DNA of 63,385 nucleotides, the filler included, from Pirum gemmata (taxonomy: Eukaryota): assembly GCA_002812295.1 (NCBI GenBank). It is 30 parts of 30 records of this genome, joined end to end, with 100 filler letters (N's around TTAATTAATTAA, not from the genome) between each part and the next. Parts side by side here need not be neighbours in the genome. Positions count along the whole stretch, not along the records: positions 9,492 to 13,182 come from PDIN01010416.1; positions 13,283 to 15,148 come from PDIN01010417.1; positions 15,249 to 17,812 come from PDIN01010418.1; positions 17,913 to 19,817 come from PDIN01010419.1; positions 19,918 to 21,823 come from PDIN01010420.1; positions 21,924 to 23,802 come from PDIN01010421.1; positions 23,903 to 25,788 come from PDIN01010422.1; 23 more parts are not named here. The stretch is one strand, 5' to 3'. This document shows, piece by piece, positions 13,150-25,040 of this stretch (position 1 is the first letter of the stretch; the number at the start of each line of letters is the position of its first letter). The notes beneath the pieces were generated by a model. That model had not been told where the DNA came from, did no database searches, and saw only the letters and a program-made list of their open reading frames with translations. Position numbers and translations under genes: made by a program.

Positions 13150-14287
13150 CCTTTTCAACTTACAAACTCAGAAACTCTACAANNNNNNNNNNNNNNNNNN
13201 NNNNNNNNNNNNNNNNNNNNNNNNNNTTAATTAATTAANNNNNNNNNNNNNNNNNNNNNNNNNNNNNNNNNNNNNNNNNNNNCAACAAACAACAAACAAC
13301 AAACAACAAACAACAAACAACAATTGCAACAAGAACAAACAACGACAAAATCAAAATCACACTATTTATTTTGAACCTTTATACACTTGTGTTTATTATC
13401 TAAAAACATTTTTCTCCCATAATAAGAACCAGTATCCCAGGTACATCGATCCTTTTTGCAGTTTTGTATACAAAACATATTAATACTACTTAGGAATCAT
13501 TCATAAAGGACGTCACCTAATCTTACCTATGCCTCTTTGTCCAAAACACTTTTGGTCATAATTTTAAAGTTCATTTTAATTAATAATTAATTCCTGCCTA
13601 AAACAGTTTAAGTTACTCTTTCGAGAAATGACGTCAATCCTTTCAAAGAATAAGTGACGTCCTTTATGAATGTTCCCTTTAAAAAAAGAGTCCCTTATCC
13701 CATTTAATAATCTCACAAGCTTGACGAATTAAAGGCCAAACGGTTATTAATAGGAGCTATCATTTCTGAATGCATTTTCTCAAACATCCTCACACTTTCT
13801 TCAATAAACCTATATTGACCACCACCACCACAACAACAAACAACAATCAACAAACAAAAACAACAAAAACAACAACAAACCACAAACCGCAAACCACAAA
13901 CCACAAACAGTAACCCACAAACAACAAAAAACAAACAACAAATAACAAACAACAAATAACAATAAAATCAAAATCACATTATTTATTTTTGAACCACAGG
14001 AGGACTAGGACGACCTTTATACACTTGGATTTTTTGCTATATAAGAACCAGTATCCCAGATAAATTTGTTTTGCATTTTTGTATACTTCATACCATTATT
14101 ATTATTAATTAAATAATCAAAAAGCAACATAATACTCGTTTGTAATGATTATTTTCCCATTATTATTATATATTAATTATAAATTATTATTACATATTAT
14201 TATCATCATCATCATCATCATTATTATTATTATTATACTATTAATATTAATATTATTATTATTATTAATATTTAATTAATTAATTAA

Positions 14288-15013
14288 TCAAAAATCAACG
14301 GGATTTTGTTCATATTCTTTTGGTAATGACTCATAAATAGCTTGTCGTAACAAACTATATGAAGGACTAATAGCCTCACCTTCCCTTATTCTTTCTCTCA
14401 TAGAACCCATACCCCTTCCCCCTATAAATGTTGACCCGCTAGCAATTGTGAACAGCTCTCTATAGCCAGCCAAGTTGTTGGGCACTTCATTCCATTCACC
14501 GTAACGTACATTTATCAAAGCAGATTTGCAAAGTTCAACGCTTTGGAAAGTATCGTATTTTCGTCCAGGAATAGAAGAATAATAGTTATAAGATTCATCT
14601 CTAATGTCATAAATCATGATTATATAATTAGAGAATTTAGTGTTAACACAAACCACTTTTGCTTCATTTTCCACAGCAATTTTTTCGGCTTTACCACTTT
14701 CATATAACGAATATTTCCATTTGTTTGTTTTTTCAAAATTTCCTAATAAATTTAACTCGCACATAGTTCTATTAGCAAAATAAATCTGTTCATCGACATT
14801 TTTCCCAAAACCATGCGACCCACCTGTTTTAGAATAATGATTGTAGTAAGCCCATTTATAATTTTTCAATTGATAACATGATTTACTACAACTATGAGAA
14901 AACAGACAGTCATATGAAAGTGGAACATCTTTTCCTTTTACAGTTGCGTTGGTAGAACTTGACGCTAAGCCCAGTAATAGACATACAGCAGCAGTAATTG
15001 TTAATAAAACCAT
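14288..15013 (-). CDS. Intronless secreted protein of unknown function, 241 aa
   Basis: ATG in an AAAAATGG context, hydrophobic signal peptide MVLLTITAAVCLLLGLASS, Cys/Tyr-rich mature part, non-repetitive sequence. No family recognised. Confidence 0.8.
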   Translation of the reverse strand: MVLLTITAAVCLLLGLASSSTNATVKGKDVPLSYDCLFSHSCSKSCYQLKNYKWAYYNHYSKTGGSHGFGKNVDEQIYFANRTMCELNLLGNFEKTNKWKYSLYESGKAEKIAVENEAKVVCVNTKFSNYIIMIYDIRDESYNYYSSIPGRKYDTFQSVELCKSALINVRYGEWNEVPNNLAGYRELFTIASGSTFIGGRGMGSMRERIREGEAISPSYSLLRQAIYESLPKEYEQNPVDF

Positions 15014-16124
15014 TTTTTTTAAAAAAAATAATCTCTAAGTTTAAAAGTCTTATGATATAATTTATATAATTTTGTAAATCAGAAATATTACAAAAGTAAT
15101 TAATAAAACAATTTTAAAATTAATAATTTTAATTAAAAAATAATTTTTNNNNNNNNNNNNNNNNNNNNNNNNNNNNNNNNNNNNNNNNNNNNTTAATTAA
15201 TTAANNNNNNNNNNNNNNNNNNNNNNNNNNNNNNNNNNNNNNNNNNNNTAGGGTTAGGGTTGGGGTTAGGGTTAGGGTTAGGGGTTAGGGATAGGGTTAG
15301 GGTTAGGGTTAGGGTTTGGGGTTAGGGTTAGGGTTGGGGTTAGTATAATAACAATAATTAATAATAATAATATTAATAACGTTAACAATAATAATAATAA
15401 CCCAAAAAATCATTATAATGGTGACTCTAATAGTTATTATTCTTTGCAAATTGTATTTTTCTAATACAATTTGGACAAAAAGATAATAAAGTTTTATCAT
15501 CTTCCCCCCCCAAACACTCTTTATGGGCTTTAATTTTACAGTACTAGTGCGAGCAAGAATGTATTTCTTTAAACACTATTTATGGGTTTTAATGTTACAG
15601 TACTAGCGCGAACAAGAATGTATTTCTTTATCACCATTATAGGTTCTTGTGTCTTTGAAAACATGTCCGTGTTATTGTTTTACTACACTTAAAAGTTTTA
15701 TTATTAATAATATTACCTTATTAATCACACTTCGTACTAACTGCTATTATTACGATGTGGACTGATATTCTGATAAGTAATGAGTAATTAGTTAATAATA
15801 TCTCAACATTACACAAATCCTGCCCGTGTACAGTGTATTAGAGTAGAAAGCGTTTTCATAATAATAATAATAATAATAATAANGTTAGGGTTTGGCGTTA
15901 GGGTTAGAGGGTTAGGGTTAGGGTTAAGGGGTTAGGGTTAGGGTTAGGGTTAGGGTTAGGGTTAGGGTTAGGGTAGTGTAGGGTATATTAAACACTATTA
16001 CTAATCTATTTATATATACAAAGAGTTACAGTCTTACAGAAATTATTATTCTTATACTGCTTTTGTAATCTTGGTTTTTGTCACATTTTTTTTGAGATAC
16101 CATATTTAGAAAATTCGACACGAG

Positions 16125-16710
16125 ATTCTGCTCAAACCCGAAAACTCGAATTTCTGCTGTCAAAAAAAAAGCCAAAATTCAGCTCCGTTCGAAAAATATT
16201 TTTTTTCCGTATTTTTCGGGTTTATTAATAAATAAATATATTTGAATACTTAATTGTAATATTGAGCATTTCGAACTTATTAATTAATATATAGACTCGA
16301 AATCTCGATTTTTAAACAGAGTAGAATTGGGAGAAGCCACAAATAAACTTCTCCCATTCTGCTAGCTAGAGCCCGAAAACTCAAATTTCTGCTATCGAAA
16401 AAAAAAAGCCGAAATTCAGCCCCCTGTTCGAAAATTATTTTTTCCACTTTTTTGTGTTTATAAAACAAATATCATAAATAAATACATACTTGAATAGACT
16501 ACTTTAACCTTTTTTTATATATATTTGAAAATTTCAAATCTATTACATTACATATATTCGAAAATTAAAAATTATAGGGAAACCCAAAAGTTGGACGTTT
16601 TTAAATTGTTTGCAGTGCTCGAGCTCGAAAACTCAAATTTCTGCTGTCGAAAAAAAAAGCCGAAATTCCGCCCTGTTCGAAAATTATTTTTTCCATTTTT
16701 TCGTGTTTGA
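16125..16710. repeat. Dispersed/tandem repeat, 3 copies about 240 bp apart; related sequence at 59950-60120
   Basis: GAAAACTC(G/A)AATTTCTGCT(G/A)TC(G)AAAAAAAAAGCC(G/A)AAATTC at about 16140, 16375 and 16627. Confidence 0.8.
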
Positions 16711-17493
16711 ATAAACTCATCTAGCTAGTTTTAATAGTAGGGGTGAGATGACGTCATTTTATTACTACCGAACAGCTGCCAGAACTTTTCCGATTTTATG
16801 GTTTTTATTACTATTAATGTTAATACTATCACTTTAATTAGTAACTATTGTAATTAGATTTACTATTTTAAGCTATATAACTACTATTATTAGTAAGAAA
16901 CATGGAAATAAGGTTGGCTCGATAAGCATCTGTTCGAAAAAAGTTCCAGTTACTATTACTATTACTATTACTATTACTATTACTATTACTATTACTATTA
17001 CTATTACTATGACATTGTAGTATTACTATTACTAGAAAGCAAAATTTCCAACAAAACCTTGATATACTAAAAGGACTCTAAAAGGTCATATTTATTAATA
17101 GTGATTTTTAATCTTATATGAATCGAAGAATCCACAATTCTTTCCACTATGAGAGAAAAGTTACTTTCGTTTGGTTGCACGTTTTCTCACAGCCTTTCTA
17201 AATTGACAATGGTATCGAGAAAGAGGGCTGGGATCAGTAAATTGTTAGGGTTAGGGTTAGGGTTAGGGTTAGGGTTAGAGGGTTAGGGTTAAGGTTAGGG
17301 TTAGGTTAAGGTTAGGGTTAGGGTCAAGGTTAGGGTTAGGGTTAGGGTTAGGGTTAGGGTTAGGGTTAGGGTTAGAGGGTTAGGGTTAAGGTTAGGGTTA
17401 GGATTAGGATTAGGATTAGGATTAGGATTAGGATTAGGATTAGGATTAGGATTAGGATTAGGATTGGGATTAGGATTGAATCTGTTAGGGTTC

Positions 17494-17760
17494 GGTAAAT
17501 TGTGTCGCATACTCCCAACTGGTTGTTCTATCACCCCAACGCACTTGATAGCTATTCTACCGTCGGTGGTGGAGTGGTGATTTAGATTGCTATCAAGAAC
17601 CCCTAACCCTAACCCTCCCCCTCTTCGTGAATGATGTCAGAACGTTCCCAATCAGGTAGTTGTTCTTTGGTAACTGGGTGGTCATTAATAATCTTTCCCG
17701 TGGTCATTTCTGAATCTGTTAGATTATAATGCTTCGAACCCACGCGTATACGTTGTCCAA
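17494..17760 (-). pseudogene. Decayed ORF ending in a chromodomain-like motif (probable transposon remnant), interrupted by telomeric repeats
   Basis: VGQRIRVGSKHYNLTDSEMTTGKIINDHPVTKEQLPDWERSDIIHEEG, then a TTAGGG insert (~17600-17615), then frameshifted FLIAI/NHHSTTDGR/YQVRWGDRTTSWEYATQFTE. YxVRWxDxxxSWE is chromo-like. Confidence 0.55.
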
Positions 17761-18114
17761 CTTATTACCACTGGAGTTAATTTAAGGTTTAATATCTGGG
17801 GAAAAATCTTGTNNNNNNNNNNNNNNNNNNNNNNNNNNNNNNNNNNNNNNNNNNNNTTAATTAATTAANNNNNNNNNNNNNNNNNNNNNNNNNNNNNNNN
17901 NNNNNNNNNNNNTAGCTGGTGATACTATCTGAGGAGAATATATATGATAAATAAACAATATTAATATTATTATCACATAAACTCTATATCACATTGTAAG
18001 GATGTAGATAAAAGAAAATGTTATTATATATATATAATCAAGATTGTAGTTTATATAATTTTGAATAAAATAGAATTTATTATTATATATTTAAAAAAAT
18101 AAAATATATAATAA

Positions 18115-18366
18115 ATGAGTAATTTTAAAAGTTTATTTAGTGAAGAAGAATATAATAATCTTCGTAATAATAAGAAAGAATATTACAAGTTATATCGTAG
18201 ATACAAACTACACGGTGATATTAATTATAGAAATTCTTTTAATTATAAAGATAAGATTGATGGTTGGGATAATATGACTGAAAAAGAAAAGAAAAAGTAT
18301 TATGACTTGATGAAGATTAAAAATCTATATGAAAAACAAGTTGCTAGTAATATTATATTTAATTGA
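18115..18366 (+). CDS. Small Lys/Tyr-rich intronless ORF in a virus-like gene cluster
   Basis: 83 aa, preceded by ATTTAAAAAAATAAAATATATAATAA-ATG. A/T-ending codons and tight co-directional packing. Confidence 0.6.
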   Translation: MSNFKSLFSEEEYNNLRNNKKEYYKLYRRYKLHGDINYRNSFNYKDKIDGWDNMTEKEKKKYYDLMKIKNLYEKQVASNIIFN

Positions 18367-18425
18367 ATTTATTTTTTTAAAAAATTAAAAATGATTTAAA
18401 AAAATAATACTATATATAAATAAAG

Positions 18426-18927
18426 ATGTCCTGTATCATTTAAATTATATATACCATTATATGGTTGTAATACTTATACTGAATTACTTTCTTATTACGA
18501 AAGACAGTTAAAAGAATGTAAAGATTACAATGAAGTTTGTAATATATTAGAACAACAATTAGAAGAGAAGATGTTGTATAAATCATTTCTATTACAAAAA
18601 GAGATGAATAATATCAATAATATGATTGAAGAATGTGTTTGTAATACAACAGAGGTTGAAGAAGTAGTTGAAGAAGTAGTTGAAGAAGTAGTTGAAGAAG
18701 TAGTTGAAGAAGTAGTTGAAGAAGTTATAAGTGAAGAACAATTAAAAGAAGTTATAAGTGAAGAACAATTAAAAGAACAAGAAAGAAAACAATATGAAAA
18801 AGATAGAAAGAAAAAATATAGACTTTATAAATCAACTTATAAAAAAATCACTGGTGAAGATAATTACTCGGGACATAATAAAAACCATAAAAGAATGGTT
18901 GAAGAATATTTAAATAATAATAATTGA
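18426..18927 (+). pseudogene. Glu-rich coiled-coil ORF in the virus-like cluster, frameshifted just after the upstream ATG
   Basis: The ATG at 18426 follows a second copy of the ATTTAAAAAAATAA..TATATAAATAAAG motif but is out of frame with the long frame that is open from 18424 (PVSFKLYIPLYG...LEEKMLYK). Internal 12-bp (EEVV) and 27-bp repeats. Confidence 0.55.
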
Positions 18928-18942
18928 CTATTAATAAAAGAA

Positions 18943-19795
18943 ATGACTGTAAAAACAAGAACCTTGTATAAACAAAGAAAAAGGGCATATGAAAGTAATT
19001 ATCAAGATAAGTTTAGCTCTTTAAATGAAAAACACGTCAAAGCTGCCGATGATATAATAAAAAGAAAGAAGAATTGAAAAATACAAAACCAATAGTAAAA
19101 CCTGAATTATCAAAATTAGAAGAACAACTGACCGTATCAAGAGAATTACAAAATAGAAATGAAGAGTTTTTAAAAAGATTAAATAATAAAAACATAATAT
19201 ATATTGATGAACTTTTAAATACTGACATTGATAAGGATAAATCCTTAAATACAAGAAAGGTGTTTAAGAGTAGATTAAATGTTATTCATAAACTTATTCA
19301 TAATAAACCTTTACAAAAAGATACAACTATTAATGACTTTATTGATTATGAAAAAATCATTAAAACTGTTGATAACATAGATAATAAATCATTACAACCA
19401 TTTTATAATGCTTTATTGAAATTATTTGCTTATCATAATGAGAAAAAAGTATTAAATAAAGAGGAAAAGAAAGCCTTTGTAGAGTATTCTTATAGAAATT
19501 CATATCATAAAAATTTATCATATATCAAGAAACACAACTTGGAATACAAGACTATAAAGGACCCCGAAGTTAAAAAGATGATTACATCGAAATCAGTTAT
19601 AGAAAAGAAAGAATGGGTTGATTATGAAGTATTGGTTGATAAATACTTGAAAAATGGTGGTAATATATTTAAGGGTAAAAATAGTTTAACAGACAATTTT
19701 TTAATTCTTCCAGTTGAAAGATATGTATTTAATAGTTTAAAATTATATCACTCTGAGGATGAATATGATATTAAAGATAATGTATTATATTATTA
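18943..19795 (+). pseudogene. Probable polinton-like virus/virophage-type tyrosine recombinase, frameshifted and 3'-truncated
   Basis: The ORF from ATG 18943 (MTVKTRTLYKQRKRAY...) stops at 19077; adding one A in the run at 19059-19063 joins it to the 19074 frame. KSVIEKKEWVDYEVL, FLILPVERYVFNSLKLY and DIKDNVLY resemble the recalled KSEKQxxNWxxWxEI, YTLIPPRRxDYxxMKI and DxxxNYL segments of OLV11-like recombinases. Confidence 0.5.
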
Positions 19796-19945
19796 TATTA
19801 TTATATTATTATTATTANNNNNNNNNNNNNNNNNNNNNNNNNNNNNNNNNNNNNNNNNNNNTTAATTAATTAANNNNNNNNNNNNNNNNNNNNNNNNNNN
19901 NNNNNNNNNNNNNNNNNTTATTATTATTATTATTATTATTATTAG

Positions 19946-20848
19946 ATAAAAGTTCCAGAATTTTTGCATTTTAAATCGGCACAAGAGGTGCTAAGTTTTT
20001 ACTATGATAACTTTGAAGCAATATTATTTGGAATACAAAGAGGGGTGAATGAAACTCTTAATAATGTAGCACCTTATAGTGTGTTAAATCCACATCCCGA
20101 TGTATTCAACCCCCCTCACCCCCTTAACCCTAACCTTAACTCAACCTTAACCTTAATCTTAACCTTAACCTTAACCTTAACCTTAACCTTAACCTTAACC
20201 TTAACCTTAACCTTAACCTTAACCTTAACCTTAACCTTCAAGTTAACTTTAACCTTAACCTTAACCTTAACCTTAACCTTAACCTTAACCATTCTTCTTG
20301 TTTATAATCGTTATTGCTATTATTATTATTCTTGTCATTGCTATCGATTGTGTTGTTGTTATCATTATTGTCATTATTAATTAGTTATTTTTATTTCCTT
20401 AACTTTAACTTTAACCTTAACCTTATCTTACCTTAACTTTAACCTTAAACTTACCTTAACATCACCCTTAACCTTAACCTTAGCCTTAATCTTAACTATA
20501 ACATTAACCTTAACTTTAACCTTAACCTTAACCTTAACCTACCTTAACCTTAACCTTAACCTTAACCTTAACCTTAACCTTAACTTTAACTTTAACTTTA
20601 ACCATTTTTCTTGTTTATAATCGTTATTATTATTATTATTATTGTCATTGTTATCATTATTATTGATATTATCATTATTATCATCATTTATTAATTATTG
20701 TTATTATACTACATATAGTAAATAATGTTCTATTATTTTAAAGAATTAATTAGGATGATTTCTAATTTTAATTTGTGTTTTTCTATTTTTATGTTAATAT
20801 TATAGTACAAAATATTTCCCAGCGATCACATTTTCTTACTACAAAGAG
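19946..20848 (+). CDS. Possible internal exons (19946-20065, 20806-20848) of an unidentified gene
   Basis: TAG|IKVPEFLHFKSAQEVLSFYYDNFEAILFGIQRGVNETLNN|GTAG and TAG|YKIFPSDHIFLLQR|GT. The intervening intron is filled with (CCTTAA)n. Confidence 0.35.
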
Positions 20849-21653
20849 GTTGAAAACCACAAGAATCAACATCATCAAGTTTATAACGTCATTATGAGCA
20901 GTTACTCTCCTCTCTATTTCATTACAATTTCCCTCTCAATCTTTAATTTGGTATTGTTTAATTGTATAATTGAACTTGTTTATAAAATACAACTATAAGT
21001 ATAAAATGCCAAATTAATTAAAACATATTTGATAGTTTAACCATAATAATAATTTGAAACGTTTATTTCAGTTTTTGTACTGAACAACACTATTGAACAA
21101 CACGATACTACTACTAATGATATGGCGTTGTAGTCGTTGGTATGGATATAGTCTACATCCGCCCTTTAATGTTTTTTTGATGCAGGATAGCCATTTTCTC
21201 TACGCTTTGTAGTGCTTTTCAGTTGTTTTGTCATTATAAAATATACAATAAATAGTACCGAATTAATATAATATAAATCCATTTACTTTAATTTGGTATA
21301 TTTTATTATCTATATTTTGATTTAAAAATGTCCATTTAAAGATTATAACCCTCCAATAAATATTTAGAGTGACAAAATAAATGAAAAGCACGATAATATT
21401 TTTTTGATGCAGTATAGACTATAGATAGCCATTTTAGTTTAGTTTTGCAAGTTTGCCTGTGTTCAAAAAAAAATTATTATTTGACTTCTAGTAGTAGCAA
21501 TTCTTTGGAGCAGTGATTGACATTGAAAAGGTTTTGGACGCCAACTGTTTTGTTGGTTTTCTTTGGGTTAACATCAATGTGTCTTTTTGCGTTTATTCTC
21601 CTGTGTTTGATTATTTTTTACCATTCATTTTTGTTCTATATTCCAAAAGGTGT

Positions 21654-21717
<64 letters not shown>

Positions 21718-23187
21718 ATGATGATGATATGATGATGGTGTTGATAATATTAATGATAATGATGATTGTTATCATTAAAAGTCTAGAAAAAAAAGAAAAA
21801 AAATTCTAATTTGCAGGGTTTCANNNNNNNNNNNNNNNNNNNNNNNNNNNNNNNNNNNNNNNNNNNNTTAATTAATTAANNNNNNNNNNNNNNNNNNNNN
21901 NNNNNNNNNNNNNNNNNNNNNNNTTATTATTATTATTATGTATTATCATAAGAATTTTTTTTCAATACTTTCTTTTGGCTTTATTTGGAAATAATTGAAA
22001 GGTGGTAATGATGTCACTAAAAAAACAGTTTAATTCGAAAAACTTGATATTTCAAATGTTTTCATCGAACGAACAAGTAAAAAAATGGAAAAAAAAATAG
22101 GGGTAGTAGACTCTACAGGGGTAGAATAAGAATTGAGTATGCCACCACACTACCATCTAGAAACTACTATTTTTTTAAATATTATGAATTTATGTTGGAC
22201 TGGAGTCTTGGACTGTTGGACACCGCTAGCAACAAGTAGTAGTACTAGCTAGCTAGCAGTCTACTATGATACTGGCTACTACTACTATGCGATACTACTA
22301 GCTACATAGCTAGCTATCATAGTATTCCTAAGTTCCTAATCAATCAAATCGCTATTTTAAAATTTATCATATTATAAACAAATCAAAACTTCAATCAATC
22401 ATGATGAATCAATCAAAAAAAAAACTGCAGAAAAAAACAAGCAAAACAAAAAACTGTCGGTATAAGTACTGATCAAGCTCAATTATTATTATGATGTGAA
22501 TCGTTGATAATAAAATCGTATATTATGATATCGTGATAGATAGATTGATATAATAGTGATATAATAGACGCTCTAAATAATTATTTTTTAAAAACTTGTT
22601 GTTATTAATAAAAAAAAAAGAAAACTAATTTTTGCATTCCAAGGTAACGATATTTTCATAAATATTTTATTATCAAACATCAGCACAATTTAAACAATAG
22701 GTATATTATTTTTATTTGTTATATTGTTTCTACAATTCATTTTTAACTGTCTCTACGGGTACAGTGATAGCTTTGGCAATTATTTTTATTTTTATTTTTA
22801 TTTACCCATTGATATATATATATATATATATATATATGCTTATCGTATCATATATATTAATATTTAGTATTTAGTATCATATCCATTATCCATTATTTAT
22901 TCAGTAACTAGCTAGTATGTTGCACTTTTCATTTAATATTGATTATTGACTTTTAATTAATTGAAACGGGTTTAATGTATTATATTTTTAACCAAATCTG
23001 TAGTAGCTAGCTTGAAAAAATTTTTTTTTTTTTTTTACTTAACTTAAAATCTTTTATGTTGGTTAACTCTTATCAATCATAATTACTTTATGCGAGAGTT
23101 TTTCATTATTATTATCATTTTTTATGTGTATGTTTGGGTCATTAAATCAAAGTTACGGATTAATCATCTAACCATCTAATTATATAT

Positions 23188-23221
<34 letters not shown>

Positions 23222-23238
23222 CGATATTCATAGCTATA

Positions 23239-23506
23239 ATGTGGAAATCTCAAGTTGGTGCAACTAAGATTAATGCTGCAGTTGCAACCGCTGATGATAG
23301 CGATGACGACTGGGATTCAGAACCAGTTTTTGATGACGAGAAAACTACTCGCTTTGCTGGCGCACAACTAGATATGGATAGCTTAAGGCATGGCGTCAAG
23401 ACTGGTGACGAAGTTGATATTTCTATAAAGCCCACCATTGCAACTAAACCGAAACCAGGAGCATATAAACCAGCTACTCAGGCTAAAAGACCCCCTGCAG
23501 CTGCAG
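23239..23506 (+). CDS. CTTN: First exon of a cortactin/HS1 homolog (N-terminal acidic Arp2/3-binding region)
   Basis: MWKSQVG...DDSDDDWDSEPVFDDEKTTRFAG..LDMDSLRHGV parallels HS1/cortactin MWKSVVG..DDWDTDPDFVND..EKEQRWGA..INIHKLRENV. Donor GCAG|GTAATA. Confidence 0.8.
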
Positions 23507-23590
23507 GTAATATTTTTGAATCATTATTATATTCATTAATATTAATATTATTAGTTATTGTTATTATTATTAGTATTAATATTATTATCA

Positions 23591-23629
<39 letters not shown>

Positions 23630-23709
23630 GTTAATTATTATTATTATTATTCTTATTATTATTATTATTACTATTATTATTACTATTATTATTATTATTA
23701 TTATTACTA

Positions 23710-23741
<32 letters not shown>

Positions 23742-25040
23742 GTTAATTATTATTATTATTATTCTTATTATTATTATTATTACTATTATTATTACTATTA
23801 TTNNNNNNNNNNNNNNNNNNNNNNNNNNNNNNNNNNNNNNNNNNNNTTAATTAATTAANNNNNNNNNNNNNNNNNNNNNNNNNNNNNNNNNNNNNNNNNN
23901 NNTACTACTACTATCACTAGTACAGACAATTACTATTATATATATTACTATTACTATATATTACTATTACTGTTACTATCAATTACTATTACTATTACTA
24001 TTACTATAACTATTACTATTACTATTACTATTACTATTACTATTACTATTACTATTACTATTACTATTACTATCACTGTTACTCTAGCTATTAATATTGC
24101 TATTTCGTTAACAATAAACCTCACTTTTTTTAGAATTAAGCTATGACAGTAATGTAATGGTATCATATCAATATATATATATAAAGTATAAAATTTAATT
24201 AATATTTTTATTTATTTATTTGATATTATTATATAATTAAATTAAAAAAATCAAAAAATAAATATATCAGTTTTCGTACGATAATATGGAAATGGTATAA
24301 ACACAAAAACTGAAAGACATTGTACTTGCACAGCAAGTTTTGAGTAGGGTTGGCCTTTGGCGAGTATAAACTTAGGAGTATAAAATAAATTATAATTAGA
24401 CCCAAGTACATAATTATAATATACACTATATAAATAGAGTATTATGATAATATAATATACTTTAATTAATAATTATTTCTTTTCGTTGTAGACTATCTGG
24501 TAGAATTTTCTAAAGAAAAACAGAAATAACAAACCAAAAATTACCTATGTTTCACTATTATATCTTGATTAACTGACTAACATACAAGGGCAATGACGAA
24601 GTAACATTATTATCATTCTTAATTAAACACGTTATATAGTAGTTGACAGATTTTTTAAAAAAACTACTTCGAGCTCCACTTCAATTATTATAAATAAGTG
24701 TTGTATCTTCTTTTTTAAAAAAAGAATACAGGAGCTTTAAAAGTTAGGATTTTGTGATAGAACTCATGTATAATTTTGTAAGCTCAAGTTGGGGGCTTTG
24801 TGGCTGAAAAAAAGGCACCTATTTTAATTAATTAATATAACTAATTGTGACTATACTGTACGAGTAATAAGAGAGGGCTAAGTTGCACATATAGACTTAC
24901 TTACGGCTGGAGTGTTTTACTAAAAACTACTGTAAAATCCAAAGCAATTGAGTTATATTTTAAAACTATTGTTATATTATCACCATATCATTGTTGGTAA
25001 CGTTATTTTGCACTTACTAATAAATTTTAATTTTAATTAA

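Noticed and set aside
13290..14090. Local duplication (about 13330-13480 vs 13960-14085) with a possible minus-strand exon at about 13717-13810
   Set aside because: No consistent gene model or recognisable product could be built.
15249..15342. Telomeric arrays at contig ends taken as true chromosome ends
   Set aside because: Here and at 29848 and 31814 the G-strand runs into the contig from its left end, the wrong polarity for a terminus. The contigs simply break at repeats.
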